A stretch of 54,723 nucleotides of DNA, taken from the IMG/VR virus record IMGVR_UViG_3300043446_003852, positions 1 to 54,723 of that record. One strand, given 5' to 3'. The notes beneath the pieces are model-generated. The model worked only from the letters and a program-made list of their open reading frames with translations, did no database searches and was not told the origin of the DNA. The stretch comes from a virus. Lineage: Duplodnaviria; Caudoviricetes. Below are positions 1 to 8,296 of the stretch, piece after piece; position 1 is the first letter of the stretch; each line of letters begins with the position of its first letter. Made by a program: the position numbers and the translations under genes.

Positions 1-7
1 ATTCATC

Positions 8-355
8 CTACCATTCATTCTCTCGTTGACTTTGCTCCCAGTAATAAAGCATTGCCATCTCATCATCATCTCTTTGCGCTTGTTCGTTTGCCTCAGCCAT
101 CGCAACTTCTTCTGGGTCATCAAACGAAAAAATCTGTTTTATAAATTCATCAGGATCATCTGAAATAATATCTGGAGGTCCATCTGGGTCAGCGACCGAG
201 CCAGTAAAATCGGTGATAACCGAATAAACTTTATGATTGAATATCACAAGATTCTCCACACCACCATTTGATTCTTCCTTACCTGTAAACGGATTGTAAT
301 CAATTGGATAATGTTCAATTACGGAACCGTTAAGAAAAACTTGTTTGTTTGTCAT
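8..355 (-). CDS. hypothetical acidic protein
   Basis: 115-aa ORF with AAGGA RBS and its own upstream promoter-like element (381-412). Confidence 0.7.
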   Translation of the reverse strand: MTNKQVFLNGSVIEHYPIDYNPFTGKEESNGGVENLVIFNHKVYSVITDFTGSVADPDGPPDIISDDPDEFIKQIFSFDDPEEVAMAEANEQAQRDDDEMAMLYYWEQSQRENEW

Positions 356-380
356 TTGTGTAATTCCTTTTGTTGATATA

Positions 381-412
381 ATATGATACGGAAAAATTCT
401 GAGAATTCCAAG
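381..412 (-). promoter_or_regulatory. host-RNAP (early/middle) promoter, TTG-N20-TA type
   Basis: CTTG-GAATTCTCAGAATTTTTCCG-TATCATAT; same 20-nt spacing as four other copies. Confidence 0.55.
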
Positions 413-420
413 CGATTTTT

Positions 421-1503
421 TTACTCGTAGGATTCACGGTCAATTTGGATAGCAACACCGAAACGGGGAATACCATCGGGAGTCTCTTGGAAATACTTGA
501 TAGTCGCAGTCTTACCGATAAGGTTATCACGATTCTCCAACACCGAACGAACCCATTGACGTGAACCACGAAGTGTTGCACCGAATGTACGACCATCTTC
601 TAATTCGAGGATAAGGTTTCCAGCAGTTCCTGCACGGTTTCCCTTACCTTCTTCAACATCAACAATAGTGAACTCACCATCGTAAAAGTCCTTCTTCTTT
701 AGAAGTTGCTTTGAACGCTTGTTCTCATACGGTGCAATATCTACACGGATGATTGAACCTTCGTAACCTTCTTCGAGGAATTGTTCGTGGTACTTTTGGA
801 TGTCTTCTTCTGAATGAACTTGATATGTAGGTACAACCTTAATCATTGGATTCTTCAAAGACTTTACCACCTTCTTTAATTCCGCATACCGTTCGGAGAA
901 TACACCATCCCATTCAGGGAAATCGTATGCCCAAAACTCCATAACAGATTGACATTCTTCAATATCTTCTTGGGTTGGTTTTGTCTTCTTCACAAGTGAA
1001 ACAATCTTGTTGAAGTCATCACTATAATCGTGTGCATACAATTCACCGTCAAGAATTGCAACATCTTGTGTCAAGTGGTCAACCGTGAGGAACGGTTTAC
1101 CGTTACGTGACATCATCGTACCATCAGAATTGATACAACGGAGGCCGTCCAACTTTGGTTGAATAAAGGTAGGATTGACAAAACATAGGTCTGAATACTT
1201 CTCATACTTTTGTGCCAACATTGGTTCAAAAAACTTCTTTGTCTTTGTAAGTTTCTCATTGTAACCCTTGTCTAACTTCTTTTGGAATTTTGATTGTGCT
1301 TCGCGGAGAGCTTGTTCGGAATCGGTTGTTTCATTAGCACGACCAACATTTTTACCAAAACAAACGGTTGGTTCTGACTTTGTTAGTTTACCACCCTTGA
1401 CGCCTTCAATAGTCCAAAACTTGTTGCCTTGAACTTCGATAGTCCATTCTTGAACGAGACCACGAGAATCGTATTTGTAAATTGTTGGGAATGTTGTTTT
1501 CAT
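421..1503 (-). CDS. lig: ATP-dependent DNA ligase
   Basis: KxDG motif (QPKLDGLRC), LDGELY, EGYEGSIIR, LLKKK, C-terminal OB fold (GIPRF); ATG start at 1503 (MKTTFP) preferred over the GTA/TTG-type extension. Confidence 0.93.
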   Translation of the reverse strand: MKTTFPTIYKYDSRGLVQEWTIEVQGNKFWTIEGVKGGKLTKSEPTVCFGKNVGRANETTDSEQALREAQSKFQKKLDKGYNEKLTKTKKFFEPMLAQKYEKYSDLCFVNPTFIQPKLDGLRCINSDGTMMSRNGKPFLTVDHLTQDVAILDGELYAHDYSDDFNKIVSLVKKTKPTQEDIEECQSVMEFWAYDFPEWDGVFSERYAELKKVVKSLKNPMIKVVPTYQVHSEEDIQKYHEQFLEEGYEGSIIRVDIAPYENKRSKQLLKKKDFYDGEFTIVDVEEGKGNRAGTAGNLILELEDGRTFGATLRGSRQWVRSVLENRDNLIGKTATIKYFQETPDGIPRFGVAIQIDRESYE

Positions 1504-1536
1504 TAGGAAACCTTTTGTATGAATTTTACGAACATA

Positions 1537-1568
1537 CAAATCTACGAAATTTTTTTGTAATTTCCAAA
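1537..1568 (-). promoter_or_regulatory. Bacteroidota-type sigma promoter (-33 TTTG / -7 TAnnTTTG)
   Basis: TTTG-GAAATTACAAAAAAATTTCG(20 nt)-TAGATTTG upstream of the ligase. Confidence 0.7.
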
Positions 1569-1619
1569 TAAAAATTTAGGATGTGTGGATAACTTTTTAA
1601 ATCCTTGATTTATAAGGAC

Positions 1620-2315
1620 TTACGGAGATTCATATAAAGAAACGAAGTTTTTCCCATACCTATCAGTAACGTAATCAATATAGGGTTGTATCTTCTGTTT
1701 ATCAATAACGGTCAATTTAGTATTGGTAACCGATTTCAATTTTACATGAGTTTGCTCTGTATAAAATCCCTTTATCTCCACCAATTCATTTGATTCCTTT
1801 AATCTAAAATCAGGATAATATAAGTGAATTTCACCATTATATTCATACTGAAATGACTCTTTGTTTCTCTCAAATGGTATGTTGTTTTCTATATGATAAA
1901 TTACCCAAGCCAATTCATAAGAGCTGTCACACCATACTCCTTTATACCAACCAGATTTTCCCCTACCACTACCTTTTCGATAGCCACCCGATTTACCTTT
2001 TAGGTCGTATAGATTGTTTTCGTATGCATAGTTTTTACACTTAATCGAACACGCCCGATAATTATTCGATTGGACTGTTTCGAATTCATTTCCACATGAT
2101 ATACACGTTTTAGTTATTCTATTACGTTTGAATTGTTCTATATGACTATAAACACCATTAGCCCACAAATTTGTTGCCGCTATGCTACGTTTTTGTTTAG
2201 ATGATTCGGAATGTATTCTCTTTTTGTTATTATAGATTGCCGAACAAGACCTACCACAAAAAACTATCGAGTTCTTTGAAACAATATCGTTTCCACAGTT
2301 TTTACATTTTTTCAT
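1620..2315 (-). CDS. free-standing PD-(D/E)XK endonuclease with Zn-finger repeats (putative homing endonuclease)
   Basis: CxxC...FCGRSC and CISC...ACSIKC fingers; DSSYE...YYPDF...VEIKG nuclease core; adjacent to the tRNA cluster. Confidence 0.8.
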   Translation of the reverse strand: MKKCKNCGNDIVSKNSIVFCGRSCSAIYNNKKRIHSESSKQKRSIAATNLWANGVYSHIEQFKRNRITKTCISCGNEFETVQSNNYRACSIKCKNYAYENNLYDLKGKSGGYRKGSGRGKSGWYKGVWCDSSYELAWVIYHIENNIPFERNKESFQYEYNGEIHLYYPDFRLKESNELVEIKGFYTEQTHVKLKSVTNTKLTVIDKQKIQPYIDYVTDRYGKNFVSLYESP

Positions 2316-2375
2316 AATGTCTCCTTTTCATATAAATATGGAGACGAACTAATAAAATCACTTTGATTCATTTAG

Positions 2376-2449
2376 TACACCCGACGCGGCTCGAACGCGC
2401 AATCTCAACCTTGAAAGGGTTGTGGCTTAACCAATTTGCCCACGGGTGC
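2376..2449 (-). tRNA. tRNA-Glu(TTC)
   Basis: GCACCCG/CGGGTGT acceptor, CAACC-CT-TTC-AA-GGTTG anticodon arm, GTTCGAG T-loop; no encoded CCA. Confidence 0.92.
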
Positions 2450-2459
2450 ATTTTATTTG

Positions 2460-2531
2460 AGCGGAAGACGAGATTTGAACTCGCAACATACTGCTTGGAA
2501 GGCAGTGACTCTACCATTGAGCTACTTCCGC
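2460..2531 (-). tRNA. tRNA-Gly(TCC)
   Basis: GCGGAAG/CTTCCGC acceptor, ACTGC-CT-TCC-AA-GCAGT, GTTCAAA T-loop, U73; no CCA. Confidence 0.93.
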
Positions 2532-2537
2532 ATTGTG

Positions 2538-2619
2538 TGCCCGAAGAGGGACTTGAACCCCCATGCCTTACGGCACCTGCTTCTAAGACAGGCGTGACTG
2601 CCAATTTGGCCACTCCACA
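2538..2619 (-). tRNA. tRNA-Leu(TAG)-like with broken acceptor and D stems (possible chimera or pseudo-tRNA)
   Basis: CCTGT-CT-TAG-AA-GCAGG arm, long variable arm TGCC-GTAA-GGCA, GGGGG-TTCAAGT-CCCTC T arm; the 5' strand TGTGGAG does not pair with the 3' strand TTCGGGC. Confidence 0.7.
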
Positions 2620-2624
2620 TTGTG

Positions 2625-2698
2625 TAGCGGATGCGGGATTTGAACCCACGACCCCTCGCTCCCAAAGCGAGTGCTCTACCGGACTGAGCCAATCCGCT
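2625..2698 (-). tRNA. tRNA-Pro(TGG)
   Basis: AGCGGAT/ATCCGCT acceptor, CTCGC-TT-TGG-GA-GCGAG, GTTCAAA; no CCA. Confidence 0.92.
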
Positions 2699-2705
2699 AT
2701 TATAG

Positions 2706-2990
2706 TTAAATGGTATCACACATTCTTTTTGTTTTCCACCCGTAATTGAATATAAACCATCCAGCGACTTCTTTTGCTTTGTACTTTGGTTCACGAAACG
2801 TTTTGGAATATTCATCTATAAACCACTTAGTAAATGAAACATCTTCTTCTAATGTCCATTCACGTAGTGTAAACCAAAAAGGTTGTTGAGTAAACTCTTT
2901 TTCATATCCATCGAATCCAACACGACGGAACATTTCGTCAAGTGCCTTCAGATGAAATTCATCAAGTTTCTTTTGTTGTCTCGGTGTCAT
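2706..2990 (-). CDS. hypothetical protein
   Basis: 94-aa aromatic-rich ORF between a promoter and the tRNA cluster. Confidence 0.7.
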   Translation of the reverse strand: MTPRQQKKLDEFHLKALDEMFRRVGFDGYEKEFTQQPFWFTLREWTLEEDVSFTKWFIDEYSKTFREPKYKAKEVAGWFIFNYGWKTKRMCDTI

Positions 2991-3017
2991 TTCAATAACT
3001 TCTAATCTTTATTGAGT

Positions 3018-3049
3018 TCAATATACAAAAAATATTTGACATTTCCAAA
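3018..3049 (-). promoter_or_regulatory. host-RNAP promoter driving the ORF and tRNA cluster
   Basis: TTTG-N20-TATATTGA directly after a terminator. Confidence 0.65.
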
Positions 3050-3050
3050 T

Positions 3051-3084
3051 AAAAAAAGTCTCACATAATAAAAATGTGAGACTT
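3051..3084 (-). terminator. intrinsic terminator
   Basis: AAGTCTCACA/TGTGAGACTT stem followed by a T-tract on the minus strand. Confidence 0.75.
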
Positions 3085-3106
3085 CTGAACTGGTGTGGAA
3101 TTTTTT

Positions 3107-3415
3107 TTATAAAGCCGAATAAACTGCTGCGAATTCCTTGTTATTTAGTTTCTCTCTGCACATTAGTGACAATTCTCTTCCTACTTCCTCACGATACTTT
3201 TCTATCATATAAGGCATAGATTCTTCTTCTTTTGTAATATCCTGAATTGCCTTTAAGATATTTTCGTGTTTCTTTGACTTTAAGAGTTTTGAAAGTTCAA
3301 TCAAAGCTTCCGTTGCATGACCTTCATCTGTAAATTTTTGCATTTTACCAACGGCTGTTTCTACGTCTTTACCGACGGTTTCATTTGCTTCTTTAATAAT
3401 TTTGGATAGTTTCAT
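3107..3415 (-). CDS. hypothetical protein (MKLxxIIKE leader; possible internal head protein)
   Basis: 102-aa ORF, AAGGA RBS, ATATTTAT motif upstream at 3463-3470. Confidence 0.7.
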   Translation of the reverse strand: MKLSKIIKEANETVGKDVETAVGKMQKFTDEGHATEALIELSKLLKSKKHENILKAIQDITKEEESMPYMIEKYREEVGRELSLMCREKLNNKEFAAVYSAL

Positions 3416-3469
3416 TTCATTTCCTTATTTTAATCACATCAAACTACTATGGATTCATACTAATAAATA

Positions 3470-3688
3470 TCATTCAGATTTTGTTTTCTTACGGGATAAG
3501 ATAAAATAAAGTCCAAAAAAGAAAAGCGCTACACCATAAAAGATAAGATCTGTAATGAAGTAACTTCCTGTAAGTTTTGTAGTGAAAGCAAAGGCCGCAT
3601 CGAATCCAAGTGGGTTGAAGAATGTTCCTAAAACCAAACAAGTTTTTGCGAGAGTTTCGCGATATTTTTGTCTTTTTATAGTGATCAT
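3470..3688 (-). CDS. small two-TM membrane protein
   Basis: two hydrophobic segments with basic termini. Confidence 0.65.
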   Translation of the reverse strand: MITIKRQKYRETLAKTCLVLGTFFNPLGFDAAFAFTTKLTGSYFITDLIFYGVALFFFGLYFILSRKKTKSE

Positions 3689-3742
3689 TAGGATTTCCCA
3701 TATAATTACCTTGTTGTGGACAAACTGTATTTACATCTATAA

Positions 3743-3946
3743 CTATGGAATGACTGGCAATTCAGTCCACCCATCTACTTCTATAATTGGTTTTGTTACA
3801 CTAAAATACCTCACATAAACATTATCAGCTATCATAATTACCTTTGAAATATAAATGTTATCTTTTTCTCTAACAAGTATATTTTTATTAGCAAGATGTT
3901 TTGGTTGAATTATTCTTGGATCTATCTCGTTTTGTAACTTCAACAT
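3743..3946 (-). CDS. hypothetical protein
   Basis: 67-aa ORF co-oriented in the operon. Confidence 0.5.
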   Translation of the reverse strand: MLKLQNEIDPRIIQPKHLANKNILVREKDNIYISKVIMIADNVYVRYFSVTKPIIEVDGWTELPVIP

Positions 3947-4094
3947 TGGTAACCCCCTTTATATGTTTTGGTTCAAATGGGCAATGTTTACACCCATTGC
4001 CACAACATTTACCACGACGAAGGTGATACTCTTCCGTGAATACCACCTCGCCGTTTTCATTTATGTAATAATCATTATTTGATTTCACACGCAT
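3888..4094 (-). CDS. DUF5522-like small Cys-rich protein
   Basis: YYINENGEVVFTEEYHLRRGKCCGNGCKHCPF matches the family pattern (recognised by eye); start probably ATG 4094. Confidence 0.75.
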   Translation of the reverse strand: MRVKSNNDYYINENGEVVFTEEYHLRRGKCCGNGCKHCPFEPKHIKGVTNVEVTKRDRSKNNSTKTSC

Positions 4095-5931
4095 TTCCAC
4101 TACACGCAAGTTCACCCGTTAAGTCTGTATTGTCATCGTGTTCAACAACCTTACTCAGATCAACATCGTGAAGTGTTTGCATTAGTTGTTCGTACTTTTC
4201 TTTTGTGATGTCCTCGAAAGGAGCCTGGATATATGTTCCACCATCATACGGGAGAACTGAAAGTCCATTGAAATGTTCACGGTTTTCCCACATCCAATTT
4301 CCTACTGCATCCCATTCGTGTTCACGGATAGATACCGTTGCTGAAATGTTGTGAGTGTTCATTCCATTACGATGACCCGGCTTTATCCAATTTTGATTGA
4401 ACCACTTTACACGTTCAAGAAGTTGAAGTGGTGATTCTGTTCGGAGGATAGCATGGTCTGGCGCCTTTTGTGGTACACCAATAACTGCGGTATCATGTGG
4501 ACGGAAGTATTCATCTTCAACCAATTCAGGGTGGTTAATTGCAAGATGTGTATAGATTGCTTCGTTCTTACCAACACGAACACGACGGAGATAATAGTCA
4601 TTGTGCCAAGCATGAATACCCGATGAACAACCAAGTGTGAGGGATGATGTACCAGCTGGCTTGATTGTTGTGATACGAGCAGCTTTGTTGATACCGAGAA
4701 TGTTTGCAACTCTTTCGTTCTCTTCCTTTGCAATCTTTGTTGCCGCCTTCACATCTAATTTCTGCACAACACCTGAACCAATACCGGTCATACCGACTCC
4801 AAGAAGTCCATCTTTCTCTGTTGTTCTTTGCCAGATTGGACGAAGATAATGGAAATCTGTATAACTTGCTTGGAGTGTTCCGATGAATGTTGCGGCTTTA
4901 ACTCGGTCTTCTAAATCTTGTTGGTCTACTACATCTGATACGTTTACTTCACATAGATTACAGAATTGAAAAGGACGAAGTGCAATTTCACAACAAGGAT
5001 TTGTTCCCCAATCTTTATCGTTCGAGAAGTAAATTCCAGGTTCACCTGCATTTGAAAGTTCAATCTTCTTCCAAAGTCCCTTGAAGAATTCTTCGGTTAC
5101 TTTACTACGAAGTAATACCGCCGAGTTATTTGCACGTCCTCGTTGAGGATTCAATTCCCACCAAGCGCCAAACTTACAAGAAACCATCTCATCATCATCT
5201 GCGGAGAATAGAGAGATAAGAGCAGCTCGGCGAATACCGCCAGCAAGAACTGCGTCTGCAATATGACAAACCATATCGTGAACTTCAATAGGTGACAATT
5301 TATCTCCGTCTTTCTTTAAATCAAGAATAGAACGAAGTTTCTCAACACAAATACGAAGTGGTTCCGCACCAGGTGCTTTGCCACCCGATGTAATAAGACG
5401 AGCACCCTTTGGACGAATATCTGAATAATCAAATCGAAGTGATGAACCGCCTGTGTAGTATGACTTTACGAGTGCCTTGATTGCATCTGCCCAACCTTCG
5501 ATAGAATCCGATACAAGGAATCTTCTTTCTCTATCCGACTTTGGTTTACGAATTTCAGGAAGTTTCTCAACGTGATGTTTCTGAACAGAGTAACCTACAC
5601 CAGTTCCACCGAGAAGAAGGAACATGACTTCACCGAAAGCACGCCAGTCATCAATAGGCATATAAGCACAATTGTAAATACGGTTTGGTGAAATCTCAAT
5701 TGGTTTACCACCGAATTGAAGTGAACGCATTGAAGGAAGAACCTTCTTATCATAGACAAACTTATAGACGTTTTCAATTTCTTCGTGAAGTTGTGGGTAC
5801 TTCTTTTGGTGCATTTCTTTATTCCTTGTTACCAACTCATTCCAAGTTTCCCTACGATTCAATTCGGGTATGTAACGGGCATACTTCATATAAACCGTGA
5901 TTTCCGAAAGAATTCGGTTACTAATATCCAT
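4075..5931 (-). CDS. nrdJ: class II (adenosylcobalamin-dependent) ribonucleotide reductase
   Basis: LPSMR, RIYNC, TNPCCEI catalytic motif, TIKPAGT, C-terminal CSGNAC; no beta-subunit gene nearby; GGAG RBS before ATG 5931. Confidence 0.9.
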   Translation of the reverse strand: MDISNRILSEITVYMKYARYIPELNRRETWNELVTRNKEMHQKKYPQLHEEIENVYKFVYDKKVLPSMRSLQFGGKPIEISPNRIYNCAYMPIDDWRAFGEVMFLLLGGTGVGYSVQKHHVEKLPEIRKPKSDRERRFLVSDSIEGWADAIKALVKSYYTGGSSLRFDYSDIRPKGARLITSGGKAPGAEPLRICVEKLRSILDLKKDGDKLSPIEVHDMVCHIADAVLAGGIRRAALISLFSADDDEMVSCKFGAWWELNPQRGRANNSAVLLRSKVTEEFFKGLWKKIELSNAGEPGIYFSNDKDWGTNPCCEIALRPFQFCNLCEVNVSDVVDQQDLEDRVKAATFIGTLQASYTDFHYLRPIWQRTTEKDGLLGVGMTGIGSGVVQKLDVKAATKIAKEENERVANILGINKAARITTIKPAGTSSLTLGCSSGIHAWHNDYYLRRVRVGKNEAIYTHLAINHPELVEDEYFRPHDTAVIGVPQKAPDHAILRTESPLQLLERVKWFNQNWIKPGHRNGMNTHNISATVSIREHEWDAVGNWMWENREHFNGLSVLPYDGGTYIQAPFEDITKEKYEQLMQTLHDVDLSKVVEHDDNTDLTGELACSGNACEIK

Positions 5932-6039
5932 AAATTTCTCCACATTAATTTTTCATAAAAACGTCTATTTTTCGTTCTAAAACAGAACGGTATAGAGATA
6001 ACTATACAATTTGGATAAAAAAATCGGTGATTTTTTCAA

Positions 6040-6615
6040 TTATTTTTTCACCCAATTTTCCCCATCCCACCATTCAAAATTAGGATAGTTTTCCTTAAAA
6101 TTGAACTGGTCATACCATTCACTAATATACAAATAAGGATAAGAATGGTCAAGTAATTTCTGTATAAAGTAATAACAAGTTAGTGGTGTTATTCCATTTT
6201 TATTTTTTCTACCACCAATAACTGTTGAAAAAAATGGAATGTTATCAAACCAATTTAAAACTGCAAATACAGAGTTATCGAAATAATAAATCTCATGGTT
6301 GAATGAAAGGCAGGTTCTTATGTAATCTTCCTGAAAGTTTGGATAATAATCTTTTGATTCTTCAAATATCTTTTTCCAATCACCTTCATTTGATACATTC
6401 AATTTTTTTATAGAATGCCGACGTGGTCCTGATAACTTACTTATTGTTACACGAGACGAGCGGGATTGATACCACTCTCCATTTTTTGTTGGCAACCAAC
6501 CCGATTCAAAAAGTTCTTTATATGTTTCATTCTCAGGTGTCCCAAATACTTCACAGAGGTCTGCCCCCGTATTGTCATCGTACTTTCCGTTTAGATGACT
6601 TATCCTTATCTTCAT
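6040..6615 (-). CDS. putative aminoacyl-tRNA-protein transferase (ATE1/Bpt-like, GNAT fold)
   Basis: YKELFESGW...WYQSRSSRV N-terminal block and YPYLYISEW...NFKENYPNFEWWDGENW C-terminal block resemble ATE_N/ATE_C. Confidence 0.5.
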   Translation of the reverse strand: MKIRISHLNGKYDDNTGADLCEVFGTPENETYKELFESGWLPTKNGEWYQSRSSRVTISKLSGPRRHSIKKLNVSNEGDWKKIFEESKDYYPNFQEDYIRTCLSFNHEIYYFDNSVFAVLNWFDNIPFFSTVIGGRKNKNGITPLTCYYFIQKLLDHSYPYLYISEWYDQFNFKENYPNFEWWDGENWVKK

Positions 6616-7300
6616 TTAATTTCTCATCATATTCTTTTGATCGTTGTTCGTTTGATTCACCCGCCTCTAAATCTGTGTGGTCATACTGCATATTATCTGT
6701 TTCGGGAGTTACCCATCTTGGATTTCTTTCTGCAGTCCAAACAGTATTATTATACATTCGATTTATCAATAGTTCTTCTTTTGTTGTGAAGGAAGGATCA
6801 TGTAATAGTAAACGATTATTAGGTTGTATTGCAAAGTTTCCATTGTCCATCGCAATAACATGACCACATTTATGTTGAGATGGATATTCTGAAAACAAAT
6901 AATCGGTATCACCCGAATCGGTTGACGCTGCCCAATCCAATGTGAATAGATACTTACCTTTGTATTTTTGTCTTCTTCGTGAAATAAAGGTCATATTTCT
7001 ATTTTTTAGATAAGGAAATTGTGTTGCTGATACATGATATGAAAATGAATCCCATAGAACCAACTCATCAAGTGGTTGTTCTTCAGCATCTTCTTTCCAA
7101 CAAAATGCGTGTATCGGCATTCTCCACCATATTCCACCATCTTGCATAATAAAGTGAAATAATGGAGCTTGTGCCGGAATTGACGCCATGCCAAAAATGA
7201 TACATGGAAACTTTTTATCATGTGAGTCCTGTTGATCTCTTAAAAAGTTTCCACGTATCATTGCGTCTATTGGTGGGATTGGTATATTTAGGTAAGACAT
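6575..7300 (-). CDS. conserved phage protein of unknown function
   Basis: GGIWWRMPIHAF, LWDSFSY, HKCGHVI..DNGNFAIQPNNR blocks of a type common in aquatic phages; GGAG RBS. Confidence 0.75.
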   Translation of the reverse strand: MSYLNIPIPPIDAMIRGNFLRDQQDSHDKKFPCIIFGMASIPAQAPLFHFIMQDGGIWWRMPIHAFCWKEDAEEQPLDELVLWDSFSYHVSATQFPYLKNRNMTFISRRRQKYKGKYLFTLDWAASTDSGDTDYLFSEYPSQHKCGHVIAMDNGNFAIQPNNRLLLHDPSFTTKEELLINRMYNNTVWTAERNPRWVTPETDNMQYDHTDLEAGESNEQRSKEYDEKLNEDKDKSSKRKVR

Positions 7301-7319
7301 AACTACTCCGTTTACAATT

Positions 7320-7343
7320 AAGGGAACCGAAGTCCCCTTTTTT
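7320..7343. terminator. possible terminator hairpin (TTCG loop on the minus strand)
   Basis: AAGGGAAC-CGAA-GTCCCCTT plus T run. Confidence 0.55.
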
Positions 7344-7347
7344 GATT

Positions 7348-7824
7348 TTACTCTTCCAAGATTTTTTTAATATCAGGACTCATCAATACATTTTTTATGT
7401 AGTCCATCGCCATTTTGGCATCCTTCTGTACATCCCCTGTTGAAGTTACTCTCTTTTTGAAGTTTTGTTCGAGGACATTCAATGATTTATAATATTCCAA
7501 CCGTGTAGTAATTTCAAATTGAGACCTACGTTTCAAAAATGGCTCAAATAATACCATAATATCTTTTCCAGATTGAGTTGTTGCAAACCAACCATTATTT
7601 GTATTCCATCCACCCAAATTCACTTTGTTTCTAGCACCTACGGAACCATCGGGCACTTGCACATTGTTACGAAATTTAAATTTACCCAATGAACCTATTT
7701 TTTGTGCCATTTTTACATAAACATCCTGTACGTCTGACACGTAATCTTTATCCAACTCCATTTCATTTAATGATTGTGTGAATGTTTCTTGAATCTTTCT
7801 GCCTTCTTGAATTAAATCTTTCAT
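7348..7824 (-). CDS. hypothetical protein, paralog A
   Basis: shares N-terminal MKDLIxEGRK and C-terminal DVQKDAKMAMDYIKNVLMSP with the next ORF. Confidence 0.8.
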   Translation of the reverse strand: MKDLIQEGRKIQETFTQSLNEMELDKDYVSDVQDVYVKMAQKIGSLGKFKFRNNVQVPDGSVGARNKVNLGGWNTNNGWFATTQSGKDIMVLFEPFLKRRSQFEITTRLEYYKSLNVLEQNFKKRVTSTGDVQKDAKMAMDYIKNVLMSPDIKKILEE

Positions 7825-7941
7825 TTTTTATTCTCCCAAGATTTTTTTAATCTCGGGACTCATCAATACATTTTTTATGTAGTCCATCGCCATTTTAGCA
7901 TCCTTCTGCACATCCTTCGTTGAAGTTACACTCTTTTTTAA
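7348..7941. repeat. ~114-nt direct repeat (7348-7461 / 7828-7941), 480-nt period
   Basis: 11 mismatches in 114 nt by manual alignment; covers the 3' ends of both paralogs. Confidence 0.9.
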
Positions 7942-8262
7942 TTTATTTGAGAGGGCATCCATCGGTGCACCAAAGTCTAATACTATTACAACTTCAAATT
8001 CAGAAGCACCTTCCCAAAATGGTTCAAATGATATATCCAACTGCTTTCCCGATTTAGTTTTTGCAATCCAATCATTTGAAGCACCACCTATATTTTGACT
8101 TTTCGCATCGGAAAATCTAAACGGACCTATTGTACGTTTTTGTTTTGCCATTTCTACATAAGCATCTTGTACTTCAGACGCGTACTCATAATCTAAGTTT
8201 TCGTTGATAGTCTTCTTGAATATGTCTTGAAGTTTTCTACCTTCGTTTATTAAGTCTTTCAT
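7828..8262 (-). CDS. hypothetical protein, paralog B
   Basis: tandem paralog of 7348-7824. Confidence 0.8.
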   Translation of the reverse strand: MKDLINEGRKLQDIFKKTINENLDYEYASEVQDAYVEMAKQKRTIGPFRFSDAKSQNIGGASNDWIAKTKSGKQLDISFEPFWEGASEFEVVIVLDFGAPMDALSNKLKKSVTSTKDVQKDAKMAMDYIKNVLMSPEIKKILGE

Positions 8263-8296
8263 TTATTGCTCTCCTAAAATTTTTTTAATATTGGGA

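Noticed and set aside
2363-2815. ORFs 2363-2749(+), 2368-2649(-), 2522-2815(-)
   Set aside because: They overlap four tRNA genes and are incidental reading frames
3489-3701. Alternative-frame 70-aa ORF overlapping 3470-3688
   Set aside because: The overlapping two-TM ORF is more protein-like; both are unlikely to be real
5944-6039. Cobalamin riboswitch or NrdR box upstream of nrdJ
   Set aside because: Under 100 nt and AT-rich with no B12 box; no convincing NrdR palindrome
7348-7941. 114-nt repeat pair as a diversity-generating retroelement TR/VR
   Set aside because: Mismatches are not adenine-specific, both copies are coding, and no reverse transcriptase is in the window
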